A DNA stretch of 64,000 nucleotides from an uncultured Bdellovibrio sp. (GCA_963932905.1 CAWVRN010000011.1:1-64000); one strand, 5' to 3'; counted from the stretch's first letter, positions 29,092 to 38,976 are shown. A program made the numbers and translations. Notes: generated by a model from the letters alone, not told the origin.

Positions 29092-29535
29092 ATGAAGTCT
29101 ATCGTAATTTTGCTCGGAGCTGTATTTATTAGTCTATTTTCCTATTCAGAAGTAATGTGGGTAGGTGATCCAAATTTTGAGGCCCGCGGCTGCTCTGCTT
29201 TTGGGGATGCCCCACTTGAAGAAATAAATTTTTTTCCCAAATGTAAAATGACAAATTACTGTGTGGGGAAAGTTTCCTGCTACTTCATCCACAAAGATAG
29301 ACTTAGAAACGTTTCAGATTGGAGAACAATAATAGATAAGTATCCTGCTGGTATTGATACTTGGATTAAAGGTGATTCTGGCGTCCTATGTTCTGCGGCT
29401 TTTAACGGCAAGTGCGATATAGTCAATATTGATACCTGTGCAAATATGTCGGGTAGTGCGATGAACTGCACAATGAAAACAGTAGTCTCTCCTTCAATTC
29501 AACTGATTCCCAAAGAAGAAGGAAATGTAAAATGA
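29092..29535 (+). CDS. Secreted Cys-rich hypothetical protein
   Basis: Signal peptide; eight Cys in the mature region. Confidence 0.7.
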   Translation: MKSIVILLGAVFISLFSYSEVMWVGDPNFEARGCSAFGDAPLEEINFFPKCKMTNYCVGKVSCYFIHKDRLRNVSDWRTIIDKYPAGIDTWIKGDSGVLCSAAFNGKCDIVNIDTCANMSGSAMNCTMKTVVSPSIQLIPKEEGNVK

Positions 29536-29798
29536 AAATTTTTATCTGTATCGTACTTTTGATTAGTTTATTTTCACAAAAAAATCACGCCGCCTTAATG
29601 GAAAATTTCTATTTTACTGGAATCGTAAAGGCCGTAAAAAAAGAAAAACTCACAGTGCTTTGCCAGGGCCAAAAATTTCAAATTGCAAAAACAGACGTAC
29701 TTAGTGGTATCGTTAGTCCTGGCGAACCAATTTATTTCCAGATAAAGGCCGATCAAATGCAAAACACATTTTTTAAACGAAAACCGTCTAATAAATAG
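29532..29798 (+). CDS. Small secreted hypothetical protein
   Basis: Signal peptide; start overlaps the end of the upstream ORF. Confidence 0.6.
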   Translation: MKIFICIVLLISLFSQKNHAALMENFYFTGIVKAVKKEKLTVLCQGQKFQIAKTDVLSGIVSPGEPIYFQIKADQMQNTFFKRKPSNK

Positions 29799-29809
29799 TG
29801 TGCTACCCC

Positions 29810-29899
29810 CAGATCATACTCGGCTTGTATTCGAACCCACATTCCAACGGTTGTCCCTAAGACTTTTTCAACAGTGATGGCAAACTCTGGAGAAATAGC
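29810..29899 (-). pseudogene. HigA-family antitoxin C-terminal remnant
   Basis: Manual translation AISPEFAITVEKVLGTTVGMWVRIQAEYDL matches the HigA C-terminal pattern; no upstream in-frame start before a stop. Confidence 0.65.
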
Positions 29900-30084
29900 A
29901 GGCTGTATTTGCCGCGCGCTATTTAAAAATTTGGCCCAGCTAAGTTCTGTCTCATTTTGAAATACCTTTCATTTATGAAATGGCTTACGGCTTGCACCTC
30001 ACTTTCCTTAAAGTTGAGATTCAAATTATCTCGTTAAAACTGGATAGCTCGGGACCTGTCTAACAAATTTGAGCTTACTGGAAT

Positions 30085-31989
30085 ATGAAAATGAAACTTC
30101 GAATATTTTTAAATTTATTGATAATTTGCTTCGGCGCCTTGTCTTGGGCTGATGAAACCTATTTGAAATATGATGAAGTTCAGTGGACGCAAAATAAACC
30201 CGGCTACTTAGACGTCATTGATACCCTAGATTCTTTGAAAGCAAATTCAGGATATGAAATCAGTTGGGGTGAATTTAGAACATTTGAATTCAGAGAAAGC
30301 GTCTATCATATTTCGAAGCTTAGAAAAGCAAAAACAACTCTCGTTTTTATTCACGGTCTGTACGGTGGCGCCCATCAGTTCAACTCATTCTTTAATAGCA
30401 TGGATAAAAACGGATCGGACGCAAACGCGGTACTGTTAACATTGCCTGGCCATTATAGACAAGGAAATATCGACAAACCAATCAAAGAAGCCACAAAGGA
30501 AGATTGGATTGAAGCTCTTCAAAATACGATTAGAGTTGCAAAATCACTTAGCGACAGAGTGGTGGTTATAGGCCAATCGACTGGGGGCCTGCTGGCAGTA
30601 TATTCTGCAATTAACTTTCCAAAAATAGTTGATGGAGTCATATTACTTGAACCTGCTTTAAAAGTTCACAAGCGAATTGATATTGCAACCTGCTTAGGTA
30701 AATACTTTGTTAAAGAAGCATCTTCACTAAGCTTTCTGGCTAAGCTTATTGGAATGGATGCCCCTAAAGGAATTTCTGTTGCCATGGGCTGTGAGGTCGC
30801 AAACTTTGCAAGTCAACTTTTAGATCGCAAGCTCGTTGAGCCCAGTCCATACCAAGATTTCCAAAGCATGAAAGAAGAACCTCTTGAAAAAGCCATGTCC
30901 CGCCTAGCGGAGCAGATTAAAATTCCTGTACTTTTGGTAAATAATCTGTCGGATCACGTTGTTGATCCTAGTTACAACAAAGTATTTGCGAATTCATTGG
31001 CGAAAAAAATGTATTTAGAAATTAATTCAGATGGAAAAACTCAACATGGATCGATGGCTACTTTAAAAACGGAGTATCAAAATAATTCATTTTACCAATA
31101 TGCTTGCGATTTTTTAGTTCAAAACTTTGGTGAACGAAACTGCGCAAAAGTATACTTTGAAGAAAAGATGAAGCCTTATATCTATCCATATTATGTTGGC
31201 CAGAGTGGAAAAGAAATTAAAGAATCTTTTGAAAAAATAAAAGATGATCATGTTTCTCAAGCAATTTGCAAAGTCTTTGAGAAGAACTATTCGAATCCGC
31301 AACTCTGTTCACAATTTAAAGAAATGATACAAATGCATATTGAATTTTGGCAAGGTGTATGGCGATCATATCAAGCAAATCCGGATGGGTTCAAAAGTTT
31401 TGACACTTTTGTCACTGCCTATAGGAAAAGATATTCAGATGATGATCGAGCAAAAGTAAAAAAGTTGGTAGATACTGCCGATTACTTTAGAGGATTGTTA
31501 GAAGGAACTGAGTTTTATGATTTGGGTTATATTTACAGAGAAAAGTATAGTGAATTTCAAAGAAGATTGGAATTCGTTACAAGTCTAGAAAAAAATAAAA
31601 CCGAACTTGAAAGCGATTGCGCTTTACTGAAAAAGAATTTTTCAAATGAAAATAAGCGGGATGAAGTGGCAAGGGTACTCTACGGAAAAATACCGGGAGT
31701 TATGTTCTCTGATATCCATGATACTCTTAGATTGATCGAAAAAAGCCATCAGATTGATGAAGAAATCGTGGCACAACGAGCTTATCTTGAGACACTTAAA
31801 AATTATCTTCAACGCGTTTACGCCGCAAAAAATCAACAACTCCCAGATCCAGCCGAGTTGTATTATATCATGAAAAACAATCACCAATTGAAAGATAATA
31901 GCTATTTTAGATACGGCTTTGAAATTCAAAAAATTAGGGTGGTAATTTCGTATCTATTGCGGAACAACTCGAACATCGCCCCTCTCTGA
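30085..31989 (+). CDS. Secreted alpha/beta hydrolase (esterase/lipase-like) with long helical C-terminal extension
   Basis: Signal peptide; FIHGL, LPGH, GQSTGG nucleophile elbow, D.VV and H motifs. Confidence 0.85.
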   Translation: MKMKLRIFLNLLIICFGALSWADETYLKYDEVQWTQNKPGYLDVIDTLDSLKANSGYEISWGEFRTFEFRESVYHISKLRKAKTTLVFIHGLYGGAHQFNSFFNSMDKNGSDANAVLLTLPGHYRQGNIDKPIKEATKEDWIEALQNTIRVAKSLSDRVVVIGQSTGGLLAVYSAINFPKIVDGVILLEPALKVHKRIDIATCLGKYFVKEASSLSFLAKLIGMDAPKGISVAMGCEVANFASQLLDRKLVEPSPYQDFQSMKEEPLEKAMSRLAEQIKIPVLLVNNLSDHVVDPSYNKVFANSLAKKMYLEINSDGKTQHGSMATLKTEYQNNSFYQYACDFLVQNFGERNCAKVYFEEKMKPYIYPYYVGQSGKEIKESFEKIKDDHVSQAICKVFEKNYSNPQLCSQFKEMIQMHIEFWQGVWRSYQANPDGFKSFDTFVTAYRKRYSDDDRAKVKKLVDTADYFRGLLEGTEFYDLGYIYREKYSEFQRRLEFVTSLEKNKTELESDCALLKKNFSNENKRDEVARVLYGKIPGVMFSDIHDTLRLIEKSHQIDEEIVAQRAYLETLKNYLQRVYAAKNQQLPDPAELYYIMKNNHQLKDNSYFRYGFEIQKIRVVISYLLRNNSNIAPL

Positions 31990-32326
31990 ACGCGAAATTT
32001 GGTGCCAAAAACAATCAACTCGTTTCAAAGGAAAGTACTTCAAAGATGGCCGCTCCACCGCCCAAATTGCGGAGGAAACTCTTTCATCGCGATTTGCGGT
32101 TAAGGACGCCTTGATCGGTTAAGGATCATTTGTGGCTGAACCAAAAATGGGAAAGAAAAGCGCAGTTGAAAACGCGGCTAAAAGATTTGAAAAACCCTAT
32201 CGTCAGCCCGTGAGTAAGCGCATCTCTGATTTTTTAAAAGAAGAAGGCAAAAAAAGAACGCCAGCAATCTGAAAATCAAAAAAAGAAAATCGCTCAGCCC
32301 ACAAGTTCACGCGATTTGGAAGTCTA

Positions 32327-32920
32327 GTGCCCATCATCGATGAAAAAGTTCCGCTCTATACGAACGTGAATATTCGTTCGGAGTTCATCAATCAAGCTCG
32401 CAAGGTTGTTGTTGTTCACGCGCTTCTTGATCTCTTCAGCGACGCTGGTACTGATCTTCCCGTTGAAGTTTACAATAAACTTCGATCCTTAAAAACTAGG
32501 TCCGACGGTAAAGAAACTGCTAATCTGCTATTTAAAATTAATGATGATGAAATTGAGCAAATCAGAAATTTGCTAACAAAATATAGTCCAACACCGACGC
32601 AAGACCTCTGGGACTGGTTCTGTGAGGACTATTTCAAAGGTAAACTTGCTGCCGAATGGGATTGGGTCGAAAAAGATTTTGGAATCAATTTTTTAACCCT
32701 TCGTTATTCTGAAGATTCCGCTCATCTTGAAAATGGACTCAGCTGGAACGACGCCATAGCCATCGTTGAAAAAACAGGTATCGGTTCAGCGGATGCGATG
32801 ATCGTGAACCTTCTTACTCAGTCAAAGTATCAGTTTCTTGCCAGCGCCGACTCCGATATCGCCTTTGCGATGAAAAAACTTAGTCTGCGAGATAAGTTTG
32901 TCGTTGTTCCTCAAAACTGA
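32327..32920 (+). CDS. PIN-like domain protein, possibly N-terminally truncated
   Basis: C-terminal G.GSADAMI...FLASADSD fits PIN acidic motifs; the first D-containing strand is not evident. A 46-codon ORF with an RBS lies at 32132-32272. Confidence 0.5.
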   Translation: MPIIDEKVPLYTNVNIRSEFINQARKVVVVHALLDLFSDAGTDLPVEVYNKLRSLKTRSDGKETANLLFKINDDEIEQIRNLLTKYSPTPTQDLWDWFCEDYFKGKLAAEWDWVEKDFGINFLTLRYSEDSAHLENGLSWNDAIAIVEKTGIGSADAMIVNLLTQSKYQFLASADSDIAFAMKKLSLRDKFVVVPQN

Positions 32921-32958
32921 ATAGTTGCAACGAATTACAATTTTTGGCAATTGTCTAG

Positions 32959-32985
32959 ATTAGGTTAACTGGGGGTTAACCTAAT
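32959..32985. promoter_or_regulatory. Perfect 11-bp inverted repeat, candidate operator
   Basis: ATTAGGTTAAC-TGGGG-GTTAACCTAAT immediately upstream of the TIGR02147-type regulator. Confidence 0.6.
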
Positions 32986-33024
32986 GGTTAAAAAGCTGTA
33001 TGTAACTTGCATCCTATAGAGCTG

Positions 33025-33858
33025 ATGAGTGCACAAGCTATTTCCCCCAAAGATCAAGTCGTCGAGTTTCTTCGAGGATGCTTAACTGAAAAGATACAAA
33101 AGAATTCTCGATATTCTTCGCGTGCTTTTGCTAGGGACATTGGAGTTAGTCCCGCCTTTGTAAGTATGCTTCTTGCCGGTAAGAAAAAACTCTCTCTAGA
33201 TCGCGCTAAAAAGATAGTTATTGCCCTGGACATGTCAGAACGGCAAAGCAGTCAGTTCTTGCGTGCGGTAGCTTTATCAAGTCTACCATCCGATTCACAT
33301 TCTTCAGAAGATCTAGAGAATCTTTTATTTAATCGACGTGAGCGCAAGGATATTTATGCGATGGAAGTCGACCAATTCAAATTTTTCAGTAATTGGTATA
33401 ATGTAGCTATTTTGGACCTAACGACATGTAGTAATTTTCAATCTGACATTAACTGGATTGCTAATCGCCTTCAAATTTCGCCAATAGTTGTTCAGGATGC
33501 AACAGATAGGTTGCTCCGCTTAGGACTGCTAAAAAAAGAAAAAGGTATTCTGAAAAAAACTAACAAGCACATTGCGATTCCCACCAGTGCGCCGGCCAGT
33601 ACTATCCGAAATTTTCATCAACAAATGATTGAAAAAGCCAAAGACCACCTCAATTCTCAAGAAGCATCCGATTTTATTCGTCGAGATATTTCCAGTATTA
33701 CTTTTTCCATTGATGCTCGTAAAGTTGAAGAAGCTAAAAAATTAATAAATGATTTTAAAAATCAAATGGCCGATTTTTTGACTGAAGGTCAATGTAACGA
33801 TGTTTATCAAATGAATATTCAATTTTTCCCTTTAACAAAAAGCGAGGCGAAAAAATGA
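33025..33858 (+). CDS. TIGR02147-family HTH protein with DUF4423 domain
   Basis: KNSRYS.RAFARDIGVSP..VS..L.GKK.LS HTH; WY..AIL.L, IRNFH.Q.I.KA, R..SSIT, VYQMN.QFFPLT. Confidence 0.9.
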   Translation: MSAQAISPKDQVVEFLRGCLTEKIQKNSRYSSRAFARDIGVSPAFVSMLLAGKKKLSLDRAKKIVIALDMSERQSSQFLRAVALSSLPSDSHSSEDLENLLFNRRERKDIYAMEVDQFKFFSNWYNVAILDLTTCSNFQSDINWIANRLQISPIVVQDATDRLLRLGLLKKEKGILKKTNKHIAIPTSAPASTIRNFHQQMIEKAKDHLNSQEASDFIRRDISSITFSIDARKVEEAKKLINDFKNQMADFLTEGQCNDVYQMNIQFFPLTKSEAKK

Positions 33859-35609
33859 GCTTATGGCGATGGATTATTTTTTCTTTAACCTTATTGCTTT
33901 TTTTAAGTTGTTCACCGAAAAAATCTGATCCCGGTGGCCCAGCGGCAGACACCCCACCAGCTCCTGAAGGCGACGGTTCAAAATCTTATGGTGGCAGCAC
34001 TAACATTGGTGGTGGTGGCAATGGACTTGAGGCGGAATGGAAATATATAGCTCAAGAATTAGAAAAAAATCTTCGTCGATTGGTGGTTAGCCATGTTGAT
34101 GCGACCATCTTTAAAAAAATTCGTTCTCAATTACCTGAGCTAATTCAAAAAGCAAAAATCGAATTTAAAGATTACCCTTTGATTTTAGGAACCGAATTAT
34201 CCGATCAGGATAATCCATCTAATTTGAAAACAAATCCGTCAACCCAATGTGAACAAGTGCTTTCAGAGAAAAACCTTGAAAAGGAACGGGACGCAATTAA
34301 CTTTAAGGACTCCGTAAAAATTAAAGTAAGCCGTCAGCGCTTCCAATGTTATGCAACTCAGTCGATGGCCATAAAACGATTAGTCCTGCATGAATATTTA
34401 GGTTTACTGGGCATCTATGAAAAGACCGGTGCTCAAACAGATTACAAAGTCACAAACTTGCTTTTGGCGGAAATGGACAAACTTGATACCGTCGATAGTG
34501 GATTAGAAAAAGTAGAAGTTAAAACGTGCGACGACGTACAAAAAATCGGTTTAGATCCTAAAGACATAAAAGTTACGGATCAGTTTGAACCTTGGGAATT
34601 TCCAGAGAAACGTTGGATTTTGATGAGCGACCTAGATTGTACTTCGTCCCGCCAATGGGATGATGGCCGAGGGTTTAAAGCACGCGTATTAAATGGCGTT
34701 TTTGATGGCAATGGTTTTAAGATATCAAATTTATATTTAGGCCAAAGAAATGAAATCACTGGGCCAACGGCGACCGTTGTCTCTACAAAAATGGGACGAA
34801 TAACTGCCCTTCAACAGCCAGCGCATATGACGGCTTTATTTAGTTATGTGTGTACACGATGCTCGATAGTAAATCTTCAATTAGAAAATGCCGACTTTGT
34901 ATCACAGGCACTACTCGTAGTACAAAATAGCGGTCGTATCTCGAATGTTCGGGTCAGTGGTAAAATTCGAACGGCTGAAGTAACCAAGACTACCTGGGAT
35001 GTGGAGCTCAATGTCATGGCGGGGCTTGTGTCATACAATTACGGCACAATCAAAAACACGTCAGCCGATGTAGATATTTCTAACCCTCGAATTTCAAATG
35101 TTCTGACTTCAATGGGCGGCTTAGTGGGAAATAACTTAGGAATTATCGTTGATTCCTCAGCGACATCAAGAATTATCGGCGAAGGCATTGTCGGTGGGTT
35201 AGTTGGTGATAATCAAGGTGCTATACAAAATAGCAGTGCTAAATCAAATATAACTTCTCGATCGGTATTAATAGTGGGTGGACTTGTTGGCGCAAATCGT
35301 CCAACGGGTTCAATCATAAAATCGTCTTCTACTGGAAAAATTGAAGTGAAAAAATTCGAAAAAGCGCTACCAAGCGCGGGAGTCCTGGAGCCCAGAATTC
35401 CATTCGGCGGATTAGTTGGCGATAACTCTGGCACAGTATCAGAATCTACAGCAAATGTTGAAATTTGTGGAAATTTTTCAGGAATGCCAAAGTTGTATAA
35501 TATGCAGTTAGAAGTCGAGTCGAATCCTTTGGTTACAAGAACCCATGACGGCGGCTCGGTAGTAAACTCGAATGGAAATGGAAAAACTGTGCCTGAATGT
35601 CCAAATTAA
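33855..35609 (+). CDS. Lipoprotein with GLUG-motif beta-helix
   Basis: Lipobox FLSC; GGGGNG, LVLHEYLGL segment; repeated (V)GGLVG.N.G.I..S motifs. Confidence 0.8.
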   Translation: MSLWRWIIFSLTLLLFLSCSPKKSDPGGPAADTPPAPEGDGSKSYGGSTNIGGGGNGLEAEWKYIAQELEKNLRRLVVSHVDATIFKKIRSQLPELIQKAKIEFKDYPLILGTELSDQDNPSNLKTNPSTQCEQVLSEKNLEKERDAINFKDSVKIKVSRQRFQCYATQSMAIKRLVLHEYLGLLGIYEKTGAQTDYKVTNLLLAEMDKLDTVDSGLEKVEVKTCDDVQKIGLDPKDIKVTDQFEPWEFPEKRWILMSDLDCTSSRQWDDGRGFKARVLNGVFDGNGFKISNLYLGQRNEITGPTATVVSTKMGRITALQQPAHMTALFSYVCTRCSIVNLQLENADFVSQALLVVQNSGRISNVRVSGKIRTAEVTKTTWDVELNVMAGLVSYNYGTIKNTSADVDISNPRISNVLTSMGGLVGNNLGIIVDSSATSRIIGEGIVGGLVGDNQGAIQNSSAKSNITSRSVLIVGGLVGANRPTGSIIKSSSTGKIEVKKFEKALPSAGVLEPRIPFGGLVGDNSGTVSESTANVEICGNFSGMPKLYNMQLEVESNPLVTRTHDGGSVVNSNGNGKTVPECPN

Positions 35610-35738
35610 TTGGCATTGTTAACCTGTTGGTAATCACTTAACCTAAATAACGAGGCTAAACGTTTATAATTTTCTCCAATAACGATAAAGTGGCCAAAAC
35701 CATTTATTCACCTGGCTGAGCCGGGTATAGGAGATTTT

Positions 35739-36068
35739 ATGTTTACTAAATTAATTTTGAGTTTATCCCTTGTGACTTCATTTTCTGCGCTAGCGTCAGA
35801 TATATCTAGTTGTGCAACAGCAGCGGGACGAGCCCAACTCGTATCAGAATATGTAAAAGAAGGGGTTGTGCCATCTTGCGGTCCACAGTGTGCTGAAGAT
35901 TTCATTCTATCTCAAGTTTGCGAAATGAAAGTAAAACCAAACTGCCATACTCAAGTGGGAAAAACGTTACTTGTAAAAAATTATGTCGAGTCTGGAAAAC
36001 CGGTCCCAGCTTGCGGTCTGCAATGTGCTCAAGAATTTATTCTCTCCCAAGTGTGTCCTAAGCCGTAA
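35739..36068 (+). CDS. Small secreted protein with two 4-Cys repeats
   Basis: AGGAG RBS, signal peptide, duplicated C...G...LV..YV..G..VP.CG.QCA..FILSQVC unit. Confidence 0.8.
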   Translation: MFTKLILSLSLVTSFSALASDISSCATAAGRAQLVSEYVKEGVVPSCGPQCAEDFILSQVCEMKVKPNCHTQVGKTLLVKNYVESGKPVPACGLQCAQEFILSQVCPKP

Positions 36069-36109
36069 ACCTAAATTAATCAGTTCTGCGAGGAAAGGGT
36101 CCGTTTTCA

Positions 36110-36628
36110 ATGTTTATTGGGGGGCAATTTAGAAGATTGGCGGGCCAGATCGCGACGGGACGAAAAGTTTCCTCCAAAGCCACAATAGAGGCGCAAGTCA
36201 TTGACACCATTGATATTAATTTTGAGCCACTTTGGAAAGACAAACATTTCCTCCATCAAAAATACGTCCTTGAAGGGTGTTCAATAGCCCAAATTGCGGC
36301 TGAAATACTTTCCTCCAGGGAGGCTGTTCGCATGGGTTTAATTGAATTTGGGATCAAGCGAAAAAAGCGGGGAGAGCCGGGATTGAATCCATCCCAAGCT
36401 CCTTATGGTTTTAGAAAAGTCGAAGGCAAACTGATCACACATCTTGGTGAGCAGCGAGTTATAGAATCGATCAAAAAAATGTCTGAAAGTGGGCTGTCCT
36501 ATCGGACAATATGTGAGTTTTTGACCAGCATAAATGTACCGACGAAAAATCGTGGAAAGAGCTGGCAGCCGGAGATGATTCGTCGGATATTATCTAGATC
36601 TTCGGTGCAAGATATAAAGACTTCATAA
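36110..36628 (+). CDS. Stand-alone serine-recombinase DNA-binding (Recombinase) domain protein, no catalytic domain
   Basis: APYGF......L.....EQ.VI..I......G.S...I...L....VPT......W....I.RIL; true start uncertain. Confidence 0.75.
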   Translation: MFIGGQFRRLAGQIATGRKVSSKATIEAQVIDTIDINFEPLWKDKHFLHQKYVLEGCSIAQIAAEILSSREAVRMGLIEFGIKRKKRGEPGLNPSQAPYGFRKVEGKLITHLGEQRVIESIKKMSESGLSYRTICEFLTSINVPTKNRGKSWQPEMIRRILSRSSVQDIKTS

Positions 36629-36776
36629 ATAAAAGTACAATGACCAGAAATGTTTTTTACGCCTTAATCTATTGGTCTAGTTGTGACGTCCTGTTAAAGT
36701 AATTTTATTTAGTCACTGCACCTTTCCACGACTAATTTACCGTTTAAAAAGTAGACGATCTTCCGAAAATCTACTT

Positions 36777-38318
36777 ATGAAAATTGATAAAAATAAAAAT
36801 TACATTTTTTGCGGTGATAACTTAGATTGGCTCCAGCAAGTACCAGATGAATCGGTCGATTTGTGTTACATTGATCCCCCATTTTTTTCTAATAGAAACT
36901 ATGAAGTTATTTGGGGTAACGGATACGAGCTTAGGTCTTTTGGCGATAGATTCGCGGGTGGAATTGGACATTATATTGAATGGATGCGCCCACGAATTGA
37001 GTTGATTCATTCTAAATTGAAAAAAACTGGAAGTATCTTTTTGCATTGTGACTGGCACGCATCTCACAAATTACGTTGTGTTCTCGATGACATATTTGAT
37101 GAAAGTAATTTTAGAAATGAAATAATCTGGAAGAGAAAAAATGGTAGTAACTCAACTGAAGAGGCGCCTCGTACAATGGCAAATGCGACTGATACAATAT
37201 TCTTTTATTCAAAAACAAAAGAATACTTTTTCAAACTCCCTTATGCCGCTTACGAAGAGGCTTATATTGAAAAAACATATAAAAGTAAAGATTCTAATGG
37301 CGATCGCTACACTTCATCCGATTTAAGGTCGCCAAGTCCACGGCCAAACTTAGTGTATAATTATAAAGGTTATAAACCACATCCGAACGGTTGGTCAGTT
37401 GAGTTAGAAAAAATGAAAGAGTTCGATCGACTTGGACTGTTGCTTTTTCCAAAAGATAAGAACGGTAGAATTAGGAAAAAGAATTATCTTAAAGATAGAA
37501 AAGGTGTGCCTTTGACTAATCAATGGTCCGATATTCCATTTTTGCAAGAAAAGTCGCCTGAGAAGTTGGGCTATCCTACGCAGAAACCGGAGGCTCTAAT
37601 TAGAAGAATAATTGAGACTGGTTCAAAAAAGGGTGATGTTGTGCTAGATTGTTTTGGAGGCGGTGGGACCACTGCCAAAGTATGCGCCGATTTAGGTAGA
37701 ACTTTTATTACGGGCGATGTTTCTCCTGTTGCTGTAAAAATTATGTCAGAAAGGCTTTTGTTCGATTGTGAAGGTATTAAATTTGAAACGAAAAACCTTC
37801 CACAGTCTGAAAAAGAATTGAAAAACTTGAACGGTCATCTATTTGCAGAAATCGTATGTGAAGTTATGGGCTGGGAAGTAAACGAAAAGAAATCAGGTGA
37901 CGGCGGTATCGACGGTTGGACTAGTGAGGGACTTCCAATACAAATTAAAAACCATAATACTACGGCAGCAGGCAGACCTGATATACAAAAGTTTTTCGGA
38001 GCACTAGCAAAAGAAAAGAAAAAGACCGGCATTTTTGTAGCTTGGCGTTTTGCAGGTGAAGCATACGAATATATTGCTGATATGAAGCGCGATCACAAAA
38101 TTGAAATCAAGGCGATAGAGTGTTCAAAAATATTTGGTGGACTGCTACTGGATTCTTCAAAAAGTAAAGAAATTGACGAATTGTACTTAGAGCGTAGACC
38201 TAAAGCGTGGGCATCAAATCAAGCCAAAGCAGAAGCGCATAGAAAGACTGTTGAAAAAATTAATGATGCGAAGAATAAAACTAAAAGAAAGAAAAAATCA
38301 GACGCAGAGGTTAGCTAA
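36777..38318 (+). CDS. Beta-class N6-adenine DNA methyltransferase fused to Mrr-like restriction endonuclease domain
   Basis: YIDPPF, YPTQKP, DCFGGGGTT; C-terminal GDGGIDG...IQIK and following alpha/beta Mrr-type pattern. Confidence 0.88.
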   Translation: MKIDKNKNYIFCGDNLDWLQQVPDESVDLCYIDPPFFSNRNYEVIWGNGYELRSFGDRFAGGIGHYIEWMRPRIELIHSKLKKTGSIFLHCDWHASHKLRCVLDDIFDESNFRNEIIWKRKNGSNSTEEAPRTMANATDTIFFYSKTKEYFFKLPYAAYEEAYIEKTYKSKDSNGDRYTSSDLRSPSPRPNLVYNYKGYKPHPNGWSVELEKMKEFDRLGLLLFPKDKNGRIRKKNYLKDRKGVPLTNQWSDIPFLQEKSPEKLGYPTQKPEALIRRIIETGSKKGDVVLDCFGGGGTTAKVCADLGRTFITGDVSPVAVKIMSERLLFDCEGIKFETKNLPQSEKELKNLNGHLFAEIVCEVMGWEVNEKKSGDGGIDGWTSEGLPIQIKNHNTTAAGRPDIQKFFGALAKEKKKTGIFVAWRFAGEAYEYIADMKRDHKIEIKAIECSKIFGGLLLDSSKSKEIDELYLERRPKAWASNQAKAEAHRKTVEKINDAKNKTKRKKKSDAEVS

Positions 38319-38565
38319 TTAGCCTTAAATTTGATTCGGAAATACGGGCTTTCTTAAGTGAAGAATTAAGAAGGCCTAAATAAAAATCTAATATTTCTTC
38401 GTACCTAGCAAGCTTTTGAGAGTCCTCGAAAATTTCAGAATTTAAAGAATCGCACTTCATAGAAATTTGTTCTATTTTCTGGTCGATTTGGTGTATTTCT
38501 AAGTTTGTAAGTATATTATTTTGCATTTGAAGTTTGTTGTTAAAAGCAAAAATCCTCCTTATCAA
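38311..38565 (-). CDS. Small coiled-coil hypothetical protein
   Basis: Heptad-like composition; start may be ATG at 38526. Confidence 0.5.
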   Translation of the reverse strand: MIRRIFAFNNKLQMQNNILTNLEIHQIDQKIEQISMKCDSLNSEIFEDSQKLARYEEILDFYLGLLNSSLKKARISESNLRLIS

Positions 38566-38826
38566 ATGAATAATACGAATCTGCCTAATACGCAGCGTTA
38601 ACCTATTGAAATTACAAATTCAAAACTGATTGTTGACCTTGAAAAAGTGTAATCAGCCTGGCCTGTAACGCGGCCTAGTTAAGGTGGTATGGAGTCGACC
38701 ACCGGATATAAAAAAACCAAATCGTCTTCAGAGTAGTTTATATATTGTAGGACACAATAGAGTTTGACTGCGAGATTCTGGAAGAGTTTTATAAAGTAGA
38801 TCTGGATCCTTCAGAAGAAGCCAGAC

Positions 38827-38976
38827 CTACCCAGCTTTACGAGCGGCTTTGACCATCTTCGATCCAGCATTTAAACTGTCACATAGGTGATCTTTATAAA
38901 CAGTTACTAAGATTGAAATAAAGTGCTCGGAATATTCAAAATAATGGATAGCGACCCTAGAGTTTGAAATGGGCAT
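38827..38976 (-). CDS. 49-aa hypothetical ORF (not in track)
   Basis: GAGGA RBS 9 nt before ATG; MPISNSRVAIHYFEYSEHF...KAARKAG*. Confidence 0.3.
   Translation of the reverse strand: MPISNSRVAIHYFEYSEHFISILVTVYKDHLCDSLNAGSKMVKAARKAG

Noticed and set aside
29821..29850. TTCGAACCC as a tRNA T-loop on the minus strand
   Set aside because: No cloverleaf can be built; the stretch is better explained as HigA coding remnant.
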